NCBI RefSeq assembly: GCF_001186125.1
Contig: NW_014040420.1
Coordinates: 116,493 to 136,492 of the forward strand
Origin: Sphaeroforma arctica JP610
Taxonomy: Eukaryota
DNA length: 20,000 bases
Direction: 5' to 3'
Shown here: positions 19,941 to 20,000 of the stretch, one piece after another
How positions within the stretch are numbered: position 1 is the first letter of the stretch
How the letters are laid out: each line of letters begins with the position of its first letter
Program-made: the position numbers and the translations under genes
Notes under the pieces: generated by a model
What the model was told of the DNA's origin: nothing
Database searches by the model: none
The model's input: only the letters and a program-made list of their open reading frames with translations

Positions 19941-20000
19941 CATCCAGGGGCTAGATTATCAGAAAAACCAATCCTAAACCCAAATACTGTAAACTTCGAT

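Overview
Eukaryotic genomic DNA: intron-rich, with GTATGT/GTAAG donors, (TA)n/(TATG)n microsatellites and one 362-N assembly gap. The organism cannot be determined from the sequence; the style reminds me of a unicellular eukaryote such as an ichthyosporean, but that is only an impression. Main content: (1) an 8-exon + strand gene (3070-7993, 351 aa) whose core matches plant BIN4/MIDGET, the DNA topoisomerase VI accessory subunit, downstream of an E2F/CCAAT motif cluster that may also serve a divergent, poorly resolved - strand gene; (2) in intron 5 of that gene, a decayed copy of the exon-5 end plus donor and a ~97-bp-period array of copies of the exon-6 acceptor; (3) a head-to-head pair of intronless ~4-TM membrane protein paralogs (9005-9412 -, 11001-11399 +) around a ~1 kb spacer rich in micro-duplications and palindromes; (4) an F-box + 23-aa LRR gene whose frame break lies on a perfect hairpin; (5) decayed Ty3/Gypsy retrotransposon sequence (clear at 19050-19940, tentative at ~11950-12900 -), a MITE-like palindromic repeat family, and a 38-bp palindromic tandem repeat. 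All alignments and family assignments were made by eye and from memory.
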